Assembly: GCF_006345805.1 (NCBI RefSeq)
Contig: NC_042998.1
Coordinates: 14,632,001-14,696,000 of the forward strand
Origin: Octopus sinensis
Lineage: Eukaryota
Direction of reading: 5' to 3'
Length of the DNA: 64,000 nt
The notes beneath the pieces were generated by a model, which worked only from the letters and a program-made list of their open reading frames with translations, was not told the origin of the DNA and made no database searches. Of this stretch, positions 25,950 through 38,582 are shown piece after piece (within the stretch, counting starts at the first letter, position 1; each line of letters begins with the position of its first letter). Position numbers and translations under genes: made by a program.

Positions 25950-26298
25950 GTGTGTGTGCGTGTATGTTTGTGTGTCTGTGTTTGTCCCCCTAGCATTGCT
26001 TGACAACCGCTGTTGGTGTGTTTATGTCCCCGTCACTTAGCGGTTCGGCAAAAGAGACCGATAGAATAAGTACTGGGCTTAAAAAAGAATAAGTCCCGGG
26101 GTCGAGTTGCTCGATTTAAGGCGGTACTCCAGAATGGCCGCAGTCAAATGACTGAAACAAGTAAAAATTATATTTTTTTAATAATTTTGTTATATATTTA
26201 AATAATTTAAATAATATAAATTAAATAATCTTATGTATTGGATTTAGTTTTTCATTGTTTGATTTGCCTAATAGTGGTTTTGTCTCTAATTTAATATA

Positions 26299-26333
<35 letters not shown>

Positions 26334-26974
26334 TGATTGTTTCTTATCAGGAACAAAATTTTTAATAGGACTGCTATAGGAGCGCTCAATTAAATGAAAC
26401 AAAATCATCTTACCTGACTTTATAATAATAATAATAATAATAATAATTGTGTACAGTGCTCAGGTGCACTACAACTCATCTAAAGTGTATATATAATCAG
26501 GTGTAGTTTCGGCGGATTTCGGAAAGCATGAGGGCCTTATGCATGTATATTCTATGTGAAAGAAAAAGCATTATGTGATTAAATGTTCGAGATATGAAAC
26601 GTTACGTGGATGACCTTATATTTGTTTGTTCTGCAACCATAGTTTAATATACATATACCTATAGATATATATATATATATATATAACGCAATATGTTTAT
26701 TATAAGTACCGTCACTGGCCATGATATTCATTCCGTATTCACTTGAAAAGAAGTTGAAAAAAAGAATATATTTGGTATCTGTCCTTGCTTGTGGTAAGTA
26801 GCTTGCTTACGAACCACATGGTTCCGGGTTCAGTCCCACTGCGTGGCACCTTCGGCAAGTTTCTTCTGCTATAGCGTCGGGCCGACCAAAGCCTTGTGAG
26901 TGGATTTGGTAGACGGAAACTGAAAGAAGCCCGTCGTATATATGTATATATATATAATATATATATATATATAG

Positions 26975-27027
<53 letters not shown>

Positions 27028-27404
27028 TGTGTGTGTTGTGTGTGTGTGTGTATGTGTGTGTGTGCGTGTATGTTTGTGTGTCTGTGTTTGTACCCCTAGC
27101 ATTGCTTGACAATCGATGCTGGTGTGTTTATGTCCCCGTCACTTAGCGGTTCGGCAAAAGAGACCGATAGAATAAGTACTGGGCTTAAAAAAGAATAAGT
27201 CCCGGGGTCGAGTTGCTCGATTTAAGGCGGTACTCCAGAATGGCCGCAGTCAAATGACTGAAACAAGTAAAAATTATATTTTTTTAATAATTTTGTTATA
27301 TATTTAAATAATTTAAATAATATAAATTAAATAATCTTATGTATTGGATTTAGTTTTTCATTGTTTGATTTGCCTAATAGTGGTTTTGTCTCTAATTTAA
27401 TATA

Positions 27405-27486
<82 letters not shown>

Positions 27487-28106
27487 TATAAGTGATTGTT
27501 TCTTATCAGGAACAAAATTTTTAATAGGACTGCTATAGGAGCGCTCAATTAAATGAAACAAAATCATCTTACCTGACTTTATAATAATAATAATATATAA
27601 TAATAATTGTGTACAGTGCTCAGGTGCACTACAACTCATCTAAAGTGTATATATATCAGGTGTAGTTTCGGCGGATTTCGGAAAGCATGAGGGCCTTATG
27701 CATGTATATTCTATGTGAAAGAAAAAGCATTATGTGATTAAATGTTCGAGATATGAAACGTTACGTGGATGACCTTATATTTGTTTGTTCTGCAACCATA
27801 GTTTAATATACATATACCTATAGATATATATATATATAATATATATATATATAACGCAATATGTTTATTATAAGTACCGTCACTGGCCATGATATTCATT
27901 CCGTATTCACTTGAAAAGAAGTTGAAAAAAAGAATATATTTGGTATCTGTCCTTGCTTGTGGTAAGTAGCTTGCTTACGAACCACATGGTTCCGGGTTCA
28001 GTCCCACTGCGTGGCACCTTCGGCAAGTTTCTTCTGCTATAGCGTCGGGCCGACCAAAGCCTTGTGAGTGGATTTGGTAGACGGAAGCTGAAAGAAGCCC
28101 GTCGTA

Positions 28107-28176
<70 letters not shown>

Positions 28177-28403
28177 TGTGTGTGTGTGTGTGCGTGCGTG
28201 TATGTTTGTGTGTCTGTGTTTGTACCCCTAGCATTGCTTGACAATCGATGCTGGTGTGTTTATGTCCCCGTCACTTAGCGGTTCGGCAAAAGAGACCGAT
28301 AGAATAAGTACTGGGCTTAAAAAAGAATAAGTCCCGGGGTCGAGTTGCTCGATTTAAGGCGGTACTCCAGAATGGCCGCAGTCAAATGACTGAAACAAGT
28401 AAA
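25950..28403 (+). repeat. Local tandem duplication, ~1.1-kb unit, just over two copies, bounded by SINE A sequence
   Basis: 25960-27060 repeats at 27065-28200 almost identically except for microsatellite lengths. The SINE A 3' half occurs three times (near 26021, 27127, 28260). Confidence 0.92.
26789..27272 (+). mobile_element. SINE family A (slightly 5'-truncated)
   Basis: Head, core and tail as in other copies, with a long internal (TA)/(TG) tract. Confidence 0.88.
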
Positions 28404-28425
28404 AGAGTAAAAGAGTAGAAGAGTA
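27958..28425 (+). mobile_element. SINE family A (duplicate of the 26789 copy) with (AAAAGAGT)n-type tail
   Basis: Same diagnostic variants as 26789 (ccttcggcaagtttc, tttgtacccct). Confidence 0.88.
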
Positions 28426-28912
28426 AGCAGAAATAGGGGGATGAGCCGGAATACTTTCATACCTGTGTTAGGATTTCATCAGAAACTGACTAATCTCTAT
28501 AACTGTTTATAGAAACACTGCTTCTTCATCATCCGGTGACACTACTTGTTCATATTCTGTGACTCTGTATTACGTTGCATCTCCATTGTTCATCATATTC
28601 GGCATGGATAAACGGTCCATCCATGGTAAAGAAAATGACTTCCAGAGATAAAAGTCAGAAATTTCCGGAGAGACTAAAAGGTAAAACATGCAATCTCATA
28701 TGAAAATGTAAACTCAGGTGAAAATATATACTCGGGTGAAAATATAAACTTTATTATGCATAGGCTTTTTTAAAATATTAGAATACAAACAAACAAAATC
28801 ATGCAATTTGATGCTAATTCGGAGAAAAGTAAAGGTGTGTTGGTGTCCGGAATTTCTTTTAAAAATTCAAAACTTTCGGAACTAGTTGCTGTCTTACTTT
28901 TATGGTTTAGAG

Positions 28913-29113
28913 CAGTGCTTTTCAAACTTTTTGCTGGAGCGGAACCCCAACGAAACATTTCACTGGCTCGAGGAACCCCTGTGCAATAATTTAATAGTCT
29001 TATGCACACATATCTGCACAGGAGAATTAAAAATTACTGCCGATTTTAGCAGTTTTGTAACTTCTTGCGGAACCCCTGGACTGTACTGGCGGAACCCTAG
29101 TTGAAAACCACTG
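28913..29113. mobile_element. hAT-superfamily MITE (201 bp)
   Basis: Termini CAGTGCTTTTCAA..TTGAAAACCACTG. Perfect 8-bp TSD GTTTAGAG at 28905-28912 and 29114-29121. Subterminal ggaacccc motifs. Confidence 0.92.
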
Positions 29114-29378
29114 GTTTAGAGCAAAGCAATGCCTGAGTATGACAATTTCTGGTGCAGCAGCCATTGCAAATGCCAAGCAAATTACGCAAAAATATGGGTG
29201 TTACGGAGGAGATACAAACCTGTACGCGCACACACATGTACATATATTTATGTATGACCATGTATGCATGTACACACATGCACACAAACAGATACACAAG
29301 CACACGCATACACACACACATATACGTATGCACTCATGTGTCCTAGAGATATATGTAGGCTTATGCACACAGAATTAT

Positions 29379-29458
<80 letters not shown>

Positions 29459-30312
29459 TCACCCTGTAATTCTTGCTAGTTTATATTCTCTCAGCTCCTT
29501 CGGAACTATACTAGAATATATTTATTCAGGAAAGCATTTAAATTTATAGAGGCACACATACATACATACATACATACATACATAAACGGTTATTAGTTTT
29601 GCCATGGCAAAGCAGAAATGTAAGTAGGTGTTTGTGTGCGTCTGTGTGTATGCATTGTGTGTGCGTGTTAAATAAATATATTTTGAAATACGTGTGTATA
29701 TTTTTGAATGCGTAAAACGTGGGTATATGTGTGTGTTTTGGGTATTAAATGAATGAGCGATTTTCTGATTTTCTTTGACTAAAGTGCATTTATAGCGTAC
29801 AAGATATTCAATCTCTTCAGAGAATACATTTTAAAAAGACAAAATTCATATATCATGCTACGTTGAACCCATTCTAAAGACATTAGTTTTAATAGGTGTG
29901 GCACCTTGGTTGCTCATAAAAGCTTAATGGGTATTTGAAAATTTGAATTAAGGCAAATATATGATGAATGTATTGTTACTGCTGTTGTTGTTGTTTTTAT
30001 AGTTTATGTTGTTGTTTTTCGTGTTGCTTATGTTGTTGTTGTTGTTGTTGGTTGGACTCGGATTGACTCCAAGTGAATAGGCTTATGAGCAGAGACGTTC
30101 TAGTTGTGACAATCCTGTCTTTCTACGTTATGGAATATCACCTTTTTTAAAGATGATAATAGGATTTGAGAGAATTTAGTTGCTATTTTTAGCATGCTAA
30201 ATGCAGTCACATAGAGGTCACTTCAGTGGCTCTGTTCAATTAAAAATACGTTGTTACTTTTTTATGTTCTTATTGTCGTTGTTGTCTTCTTCTTCTTCTT
30301 CTTCTTCTTCTT

Positions 30313-30612
30313 CCAGTCAGGACTCACGCCATTAGCCACAAAGAATAATCTCTAATTCGAACCTACTCTAAGCGACTAAGAATGCGTGTGGCAACTTGAA
30401 GATCCATCCACCAAACGCGATAGACTTGCGGTTGCACGGGTGCGAAAGCTACGTTGTAGGAGTACAGCGGGGTTCGCCACCACTCCCCGCCGGCGCCTCG
30501 TGGAGCTTAGGTGTTTTTGCTCAATAAACACTCACAATGCCTGGTCTTGGAATCGAAACCGCGTTCTTACGACCGCGAGTCCGCTGCCCTAACCACTGGG
30601 CCATTGCGCCTC
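30313..30612 (-). mobile_element. tRNA-derived SINE (family D) with (GAA)n tail
   Basis: Minus strand ggaggcgcaaTGGCCCAGTGGttagggcagc..GGTTTCGATTCC, followed by a non-tRNA body and (GAA)n. Confidence 0.75.
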
Positions 30613-31000
30613 CACTGTTGCTGTTTAGTTCCAGGTCAATTCTGAATGAACAGACTAATAATCAAAAGCGTTCGAACCGAGTCTTTACATTGAGGATTGT
30701 AAATTTCATTTTTTTTTTAAGACGACAGAATATGATTTGAGAGATTTTACTTGCTATATCTAGTCAGTGAAATGATCAAGTAGAATATCTTACTTTGGCT
30801 CATAATGTTTATGCTGTTTTTGAGGTGATAGTGGTGGTAGTGGTGTTGGTGGTGGTGGTGATGGTCTTGTGCGGAGTAAGGCTGGGAACGTTCCCATTAT
30901 TTTTTGTTCTTCTTTAGTCCCATGGCGTCTATTGTCACACAGACACCGTGTTCTAAATATGAACTGCTTAGGTCTACTAACATAATACAGTTCTATACGA

Positions 31001-31160
31001 GATGAGGAATTATTTACATTATTTACATTTGACGGATATTTGTCCTTTTCTTGTTTGTTGTTAACACAACGTTTCGGCTCATATACCCTCCAGCCTTCAT
31101 CAGGTGTCTTGTGAGAATTTCAAACCTGGGTTCTCATTCCTAAAGTATTTTTCGATGTTT
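31001..31160 (-). mobile_element. Hammerhead-bearing short repeat, inverted relative to 31460-31612
   Basis: Reverse complement of 31460-31612. Confidence 0.85.
31063..31108 (-). ncRNA. Minimal type I hammerhead ribozyme motif
   Basis: gacac-CTGATGA-a-ggct..agcc-GAAAC-GTT-gtgtt: stem I gacac/gtgtt, stem II, palindromic AACGTT. Confidence 0.7.
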
Positions 31161-31207
31161 TTGTTATTATTATTATATTATTAGTAGTAGTAGTATAGTA
31201 GTAGTAG

Positions 31208-31240
<33 letters not shown>

Positions 31241-31245
<5 letters not shown>

Positions 31246-31334
31246 ACCCCAAGACTCCAAGTTTGATTCCACGCAGTGACCTGAACAATAATAATAATAA
31301 TAATAATAACAACAACAACAACAACAACAATAAC

Positions 31335-31373
<39 letters not shown>

Positions 31374-31394
31374 TATAATGATAATGATAATAAC

Positions 31395-31434
<40 letters not shown>

Positions 31435-31612
31435 GTAATAGTAATAGTAATAATAATAATAACATCGAAAAATATCTTAGGAATGAGAACCCAGGTTCGA
31501 AATTTCGCCAAGACACCTGATGAAGGCTGGAGGGTATATCAGCCGAAACATTGTGTTAACAACAAACAAGATGAGAATAAATATCCGTCAAATGTAAATA
31601 ATGTAAATAATG
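31241..31612 (+). mobile_element. Short repeat: partial tRNA-like head + (AAT)n linker + hammerhead module
   Basis: ctactaaccccaagactccaaGTTTGATTCCacg (anticodon-arm-like and B-box-like), ~170 bp of (AAT/AAC)n, then a module containing CTGATGA..GAAAC. Confidence 0.65.
31512..31557 (+). ncRNA. Minimal type I hammerhead ribozyme motif
   Basis: gacac-CTGATGA(31517-31523)-a-ggctg(gagggtatat)cagcc-GAAA(31545-31548)-c-ATT-gtgtt. Confidence 0.68.
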
Positions 31613-31732
31613 TCTACCAGCATGTTCCAATGTTTTCATTCCTTTATAGACGTGACTAGTTTGAAAATGACCCCTTAAAAATTACTTCCTCGGCTCACTT
31701 TCAAAACTTTGTCATCATTGTTATGGTGTTGC

Positions 31733-31778
<46 letters not shown>

Positions 31779-31913
31779 GCTATAGCCGCCGTTCTCTTGT
31801 TTTTGTTGTTTAGCTTTAATGAATCTCAATCAAAGACGTCCTTGCTGTTTTGTATATCAGGTTCTATATTACCATCCCTTGTTTTGACAAATATCTGGAT
31901 GACGTAACAAAGA

Positions 31914-33988
31914 AATAAGACCGTAAAGTGTAAGACCGTAAGTTGTAAGACCGTAAGGTGTAAGACTGTAAGTTGTAAGACCGTAAGGTGTAAGACCATA
32001 AGATGTAAGACCGTAAGGTGTAAGACCATAAGGTGTAAGACCGTAAATTGTAAGACGGTAAGGTGTAAGACGGTAAGTTGTAAGACGGTAAGGTGTAAGA
32101 CCATAAGGTGTAAGACCGTAAGTTGTAAGACCGTAAGGTGTAAGACCATAAGGTGTAAGACCGTAAGGTGTAGGACCGTAAGGTGTAAGACCGTAAGTTG
32201 TAAGACCGTAAGGTGTAAGACCATAAGGTGTAAGACCGTAGGTTGTAAGACCGTAAGGTGTAAGACCGTAAGTTGTAAGACAATAAGGTGTAAGACCATA
32301 AGATGTAAGACCGTAAGGTGTAAGACCATAAGGTGTAAGACCGTAAATTGTAAGACCGTAAGGTGTAAGACGGTAAGGTGTAAGACGGTAAGGTGTAAGA
32401 CGGTAAGGTGTAAGACCGTAACGTGTAAGACCATAAGGTGTAAGACCGTAAGTTGTAAGACCGTAAGGTGTAAGACCATAAGGTGTAAGACCGTAAAGTG
32501 TAAGACCATAAGGTGTAAGACCGTAAGTTGTAAGACCGTAATGTGTAAGACGGTAAGGTGTAAGACCGTAAGGTGTAAGACCATAAGGTGTAAGACTGTA
32601 AGTTGTAAGACCGTAATGTGTAAGACGGTAAGGTGTAAGACCGTAAGGTGTAAGACCATAAGGTGTAAGACTGTAAGTTGTAAGACCGTAATGTGTAAGA
32701 CGGTAAGGTGTAAGACCGTAAGGTGTAAGACCATAAGGTGTAAGACCGTAAGGTGTAAGACCATAAGGTGTAAGACCGTAAGTTGTAAGACCTTAAGGTG
32801 TAAGACTGTAAGGTGTAAGACCGTAAGTTGTAAGACCATAAGGTGTAAGACCGTAAGTTGTAAGACCGTAAGGTGTAAGACCGTAAGGTGTGAGACCGTA
32901 AGGTGTAAGACCATAAGGTGTAAGACCGTAAGGTGTAAGACCGTAAGGTGTAAGACCGTAAGTTGTAAGACCGTAAGGTGTAAGACCATAAGGTGTAAGA
33001 ACGTAAGGTGTAAGACCATAAGGTGTAAGACCGTAAGGTGTAAGACCGTAAGTTGTAAGACCTTAAGGTGTAAGACCGTAAGTTGTAAGACCGTAAGGTG
33101 TAAGACCTTAAGGTGTAAGACCATAAGGTGTAAGACCGTAAGTTGTAAGACCATAAGGTGTAAGACCATAAGGTGTAAGACCGTAAGTTGTAAGACCATA
33201 AGGTGTAAGACCGTAAGTTGTAAGACCGTAAGTTGTAAGACCTTAAGGTGTAAGACTGTAAGGTGTAAGACCGTAAGGTGTAAGACCATAAGGTGTAAGA
33301 CCGTAAGTTGTAAGACCCTAAGGTGTAAGACCGTAAGGTGTAAGACCGTAAGGTGTAAGACCATAAGGTGTAAGACCGTAAGTTGTAAGACCGTAAGTTG
33401 TAAGACCTTAAGGTGTAAGACTGTAAGGTGTAAGACCGTAAGGTGTAAGACCATAAGGTGTAAGACCGTAAGTTGTAAGACCGTAAGGTGTAAGACCGTA
33501 AATTGTAAGACGGTAAGGTGTAAGACGGTAAGTTGTAAGACGGTAAGGTGTAAGACCGTAAGTTGTAAGACCGTAAGGTGTAAGACCGTAAGGTGTAAGA
33601 CCGTAAGGTGTAAGACCGTAAGGTGTAAGACCGTAAGTTGTGAGACCGTAAGGTGTAAGACTGTAAGTTGTAAGACCGTAAGATGTAAGACCGTAAGGTG
33701 TAAGACCGTAAGTTGTAAGACCTTAAGGTGTAAGACTGTAAGGTGTAAGACCGTAAGGTGTAAGACCATAAGGTGTAAGACCGTAAGTTGTAAGACCGTA
33801 AGGTGTAAGACCGTAAGGTGTAAGACCGTAAGTTGTGGGACCGTAAGGTGTAAGACCGTAAGGTGCAAGACCGTAAGTTGTGAGACCGTAAGGTGTAAGA
33901 CCATAAGCTGCAAGACCGTAAGTTGTAAGACCGTAAGGTGTAAGACGGTAAGGTGTAAGACGGTAAGGTGTAAGACCGTAACGTGTAA
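31914..33988. repeat. 15-bp minisatellite (GTAAGACCGTAAGGT)n, ~138 units
   Basis: Phase-perfect 15-bp period with no visible indels. Variation is concentrated at a few positions. Confidence 0.98.
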
Positions 33989-35228
33989 TTCGAAAGGGAT
34001 TTAATTGTTATTTCTAGCATGTCAAATGAGATACGTAGACGTTCTGACTCCACCTCCCCCATTTGAATGTTGCCACTAGAAATGGTACGAAGAAACCAGT
34101 ATCACTAGTAACCTGTTCTATATATGGTTAAACCATTTGTCTCTGGAACATTGGAACACTGCTAGTTTTTTTTTTTTCATTCTACATGCATTTCTGATTC
34201 TAAACAGCTCTCTAACCAATTATAACATTACATCATTTGCAAGTGTATTGTTTGCTTCGAGAATTGTGTTTATTACTTGTCGCCATAGTGAGCTATATAA
34301 ATATTCTTCGCTTCCCATGCACTGCATATTAAAATAATGAAAGCGTTAAGAAAGAAAATGAAAATCCAATGAAAAAATATTAGGAACAAAACAATACAAA
34401 CGGCGTAAAAGGCGATTAGTCGGTTACATGAGAACTCAGTATATAGAATAAGTTTTACGCTGAAAGGAAAAAAAAAAGAAAATATGTTCAACGTTTTGCA
34501 CAGTAGTCCTTCGGCGGAAAAGTTAAAAGAAAGGGTTAAAAATTATAGGGAAAAGAGAAAAGTAAATGCTTTATGCAACATGTCACACTGTGTAAATGAT
34601 GTTTTGGAAGACTGTGAATCACAAAATTTGTTTGCCAGTTGCTAAAAGACGGAAATGAAAAAAGTATTGATCATGTCACACGGGAGTATTGCAACTCACC
34701 TTAAGCAAATACGAGCCAGCTAGGAGCCTCTACGCCATCCTTCTATCTGTTAAAAACACTGGAAATAGCAGTCAAATTTCAGTTAAATCACTTTGTACAG
34801 GGATGAAAAAGAAAAACGAAACTTTGAATAATATATTCAAATACATACACCCACAAAGCAAACTACCTCTTGGGAGACATTTATGTTCATAGCTTCAATA
34901 AGGTCTGGCATTAGGATGAATTGCAACACCCTATCGAATATGCAAATATTTAGATAGATCTCGTGTAAAAGGGACATAGGAAAACACCGTAACCTAAGCG
35001 TTTGATTAAGACCAAGAAATGGACAGGGAGTAAAAAGGTTTCTGATGACAGGAACAGATCAGAGACTAAGATGTTTCTCTGCTTCACACTTACAATCAGT
35101 ATTTGTTTTTGTTACCGCTGCTTTAGCCCGAGGTCAAACGTGACTGCGAAAACCTATGATCAGAGACTTTCTAACCATACACATCTACTTTCAAGTAGTA
35201 TATATATCTGCGGTTATATTAGTCATTG

Positions 35229-35477
35229 TGTTGTGTGGACACCCCCAGACGATGAAGTAGGCTAGCCCAATACGTAGATATAGAGGGAGAAGCCTAGACG
35301 TCGGGACTTGAGTAGAAGTCATCGGAACGTGCGATATAACAGTGGATCTCATCCTCGTCGCCACTGTTATATCGCACGTTCCGATGACCTCTGCTCAACT
35401 CCCGACGTCTAGGCTTCTCCCTCTATATCTACGTATTGGGCTAGCCTATCTCATCGTCTGAGGGCGTCCACACAACA
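35229..35477. mobile_element. Fold-back MITE-like element (249 bp; 117-bp arms, 15-nt spacer), TGT..ACA termini, 5-bp TSD
   Basis: 35229-35345 vs reverse complement of 35361-35477: 7 mismatches by eye. CATTG at 35224-35228 and 35478-35482. Confidence 0.9.
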
Positions 35478-35899
35478 CATTGTGACCTTAGATTTTCAAG
35501 ACGGTACAGCTAATATTATTTGAAGATGGTTAGAAAACTATTTCTTGTAAGTCAACGTATCCTAAGCTAGTTATGTGGTTAGATTAAACCAATTGGTTAT
35601 AAAAATCGATTTCACGCTATTCTCTGTAAATTTTGGGTTCCGAGCGAACGTGGAAGTCTATATATGGATCACAACCTGCTAGAAATAGCAGTCGACTTTG
35701 TGCCATTCCCTACAATACAGGGAAAGGATAAATCGGCTAATGTAGTCCGTTTTCTTAAAGGGTTTGGTTGCACTCCTAAATTCGTGTAAATCCTTTTCCA
35801 CGCAGGGATGATATCTAGAATTCTTGAGAGAGGATATAAATCTGAACACTTCTGTGTGAAAATTACTAGGCAGAGCTGAGTGTTATAAAATCTTCCCCT

Positions 35900-37150
35900 T
35901 TTGATGTTATGATATGGTTACACAGAATGATCGTAAGGGAAATGGCAGTTACTATTTACTTCCGATTCTTTTGATGATGAAACTTTTCAAACACCAAAAG
36001 GCTTTAGGCAAACACCAAGCTCAAATCTGGGCAAATCTCTGAGATTTAGAATACTGAAGACTTATTGTGCTCTAATAGTTCAATCTCCTGGCGCCCCCAC
36101 ACGATGATTTCATCATCCATGAAAAAATAACTGAGATGACTTGTCATTGATATACACATCACCACGTCCTACTTTTCTACCTTTTCACAGTACAAAAGCA
36201 CCAGCTAACTCCGTTCTTCTTATTTAAACATTTCGGCAGTATAATTTCTAATAACTACAAACTGGATGATGGAGTTTTGAACCGCCTCAGACAAGTCTCT
36301 GTATCTTTTGGTAGACTAAGGAATATAGACTTTACGAAGAACAATTTCAGCTTTTATAACAAGATTCTCGCTTACTGGTTAGTCTGAATTTCCATTCTGT
36401 TCTGTGGTTGGAAGTTATGGACCACATAGATTTTTCTTTACTACCCACAAGGGGATAAACACAGAGGACAAACAAGGACAGACAAAGGGATTAAGTCAAT
36501 TACATCGACCCCAGTGCGTAACTGGTACTTAATTTATCGACCCCGAAAGGATGAAAGGCAAAGTCGACCTCGGCGGAATTTGAACTCAAAACGTACGGCA
36601 GACGAAATACGGCTACGCATTTCGCCCAGCGTGCTAACGTTCCTGCCAGCTCGCCGCCTTATATGGACCACATATAGCCGACATATGAAGATTCAAAATG
36701 CTTTTAGCATCCATTAATTCGAAATATTATCAGTCATATGGCGAGATAAGATTAAGCACAAAGAAATCTTCTGCCGAATCTTCGCCAGCAGCATCGAATC
36801 CACACGACATTGACCCATCACCAGAAGCGTTGAACACAAGCATCAACTGAGATAAATGAAATACGAAGTGCGCATACTTCATGAACCTCTTCGTCTATAT
36901 GATCTTCTACAGTGAGTTACACCATGGTCGTCCAAATAAGTGGTTCAAAATTCAGTTTGAAAATTAGCAACATCAACATGTTAGTGGCCTGACTCAAAGT
37001 TGAAGGGATATTGAAAATATGGAAAACAAATGCTCCCAGAAAAGCCAGAAGCTACAGAAGATGCAGAATGGCGTCTGGTCTCTGTAAATAAACATCGCCG
37101 TACATCTCCTACGAATGAAGCTGCCACATGATCGACCCAGCGGTGGAGTC
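35900..37150 (+). mobile_element. Highly decayed RTE-clade LINE remnant, interrupted by a SINE B
   Basis: Residual peptides WTTYSRHMK, IWRDKI..KEI, IFYSELHHGRPNKWFK typical of the RTE post-RT region. Boundaries approximate. Confidence 0.6.
36431..36660 (-). mobile_element. SINE family B (tail type 1) with 13-bp TSD
   Basis: TSD tatggaccacata at 36416-36428 and 36662-36674. Confidence 0.92.
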
Positions 37151-37903
37151 TTCAAAAGGAGTCGATGGTTATTATCCTATTCACCAGACAACTGTAAGCA
37201 ACCTTTTTTGTGCTTCATGTGTTTTTATTTTTCTTCGTTGTTTGATGGCGACGGTGTCAGAATCCTACTGAAACTAATTAAAAATCTATTTAAAAACCCT
37301 TCATCTTGCAGCCATCTTCGTTGTCACTGCAACAAAAAAAAATAAAATATAAAATATAAAGTATAACATATTTTAGTATATTTTTAAATTATAATTTATT
37401 TATGATCTTTTACGTTTTAGAATTATTTTTAATATTTTTTAATTTCATTTCTTATATTTATTCATTTTCTATCTGTTTCTTCCATATGAATAATGAAATA
37501 TCATTGGAGTCGTTTTACAGTGATTTCAAACAGAATTATCCAAACACTTATTCATATAAATAGTTTACTGCGAGAAGTAATTCGACTCTGCTTTATCGCT
37601 GTTGTTCCCTAGATTTTTTTTTTTTTTTTTTGCTTTTTGCTTTTTCTTTGTCGCTTTGTTTTTTTATCAAGATATATATTTTCCCAAACAGTTATTCTCA
37701 AAGGACGGGTGTTTCAAAAGAAAATAATAATTCAAAATTTCTACGATGATTCCCTTGTGTGAAACTGCGAACACAAACAAAAACACAGTTTTTTGTTCGT
37801 TTTGGAAATTAAATGATATATATAATATATATATATATATATATAGACTGATGGATGAATGGTTGGATGGACGGATGGATATAAAGATATATGTATGTAT
37901 ATA

Positions 37904-37973
<70 letters not shown>

Positions 37974-38029
37974 GATGGATGAATGGTTGTATGGACGGAT
38001 TGATATAGAGATATATGTATGCATATATA

Positions 38030-38086
<57 letters not shown>

Positions 38087-38105
38087 ATATATATATATAT
38101 ATACA

Positions 38106-38141
<36 letters not shown>

Positions 38142-38163
38142 TGTATGTATGTGTGTATATTCT

Positions 38164-38432
38164 AGGCGCAGGAGTGGCCGTGTAGTAAGAAGCTTGCCTG
38201 GCAACCACATGGTTCCGGGTTCAGCCCCACTGCATGTGTCTTCTACTATAGGCTCGGATATATATATATATACGACAGGCTTCTTTCAGTTTCCGTCTAC
38301 CAAATCCACTTACATGGCTTTGGTCGGCCCGAAGCTATAGCAGAACACACTTGCCCAAAGTGTCATGAAGTGGGACTGAACCCGGTACCATGTGGTTGGT
38401 AAACAAGCAACTTACCACACAGCCACTCCAGC
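38164..38432. mobile_element. Two convergent SINE A 5' fragments (38164-38257 +, 38270-38432 -)
   Basis: ggcgcaggagtggccgtgtag on plus, (TA)n, then a reverse-complement head ending ccacacagccactcc. Confidence 0.82.
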
Positions 38433-38505
38433 ATATATATATATATTTGTATGTGCATGGTGTGTGTATACACATATATACATATACATACACACACACA
38501 CACAA

Positions 38506-38569
<64 letters not shown>

Positions 38570-38582
38570 TTTATTTAAAAAC

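Noticed and set aside
30540-30612. Functional tRNA gene
   Set aside because: A and B boxes are present but there is no proper acceptor stem, and it continues into a SINE body with a (GAA)n tail. The same applies to SINE A and B heads.
31914-33988. CRISPR-like array
   Set aside because: There are no unique spacers and no cas genes, and the context is eukaryotic.
31826-34062. 695, 732 and 487 aa ORFs as real pentapeptide-repeat proteins
   Set aside because: They follow automatically from a stop-free 15-bp unit, are open on both strands, and have almost no unique flanking coding sequence.
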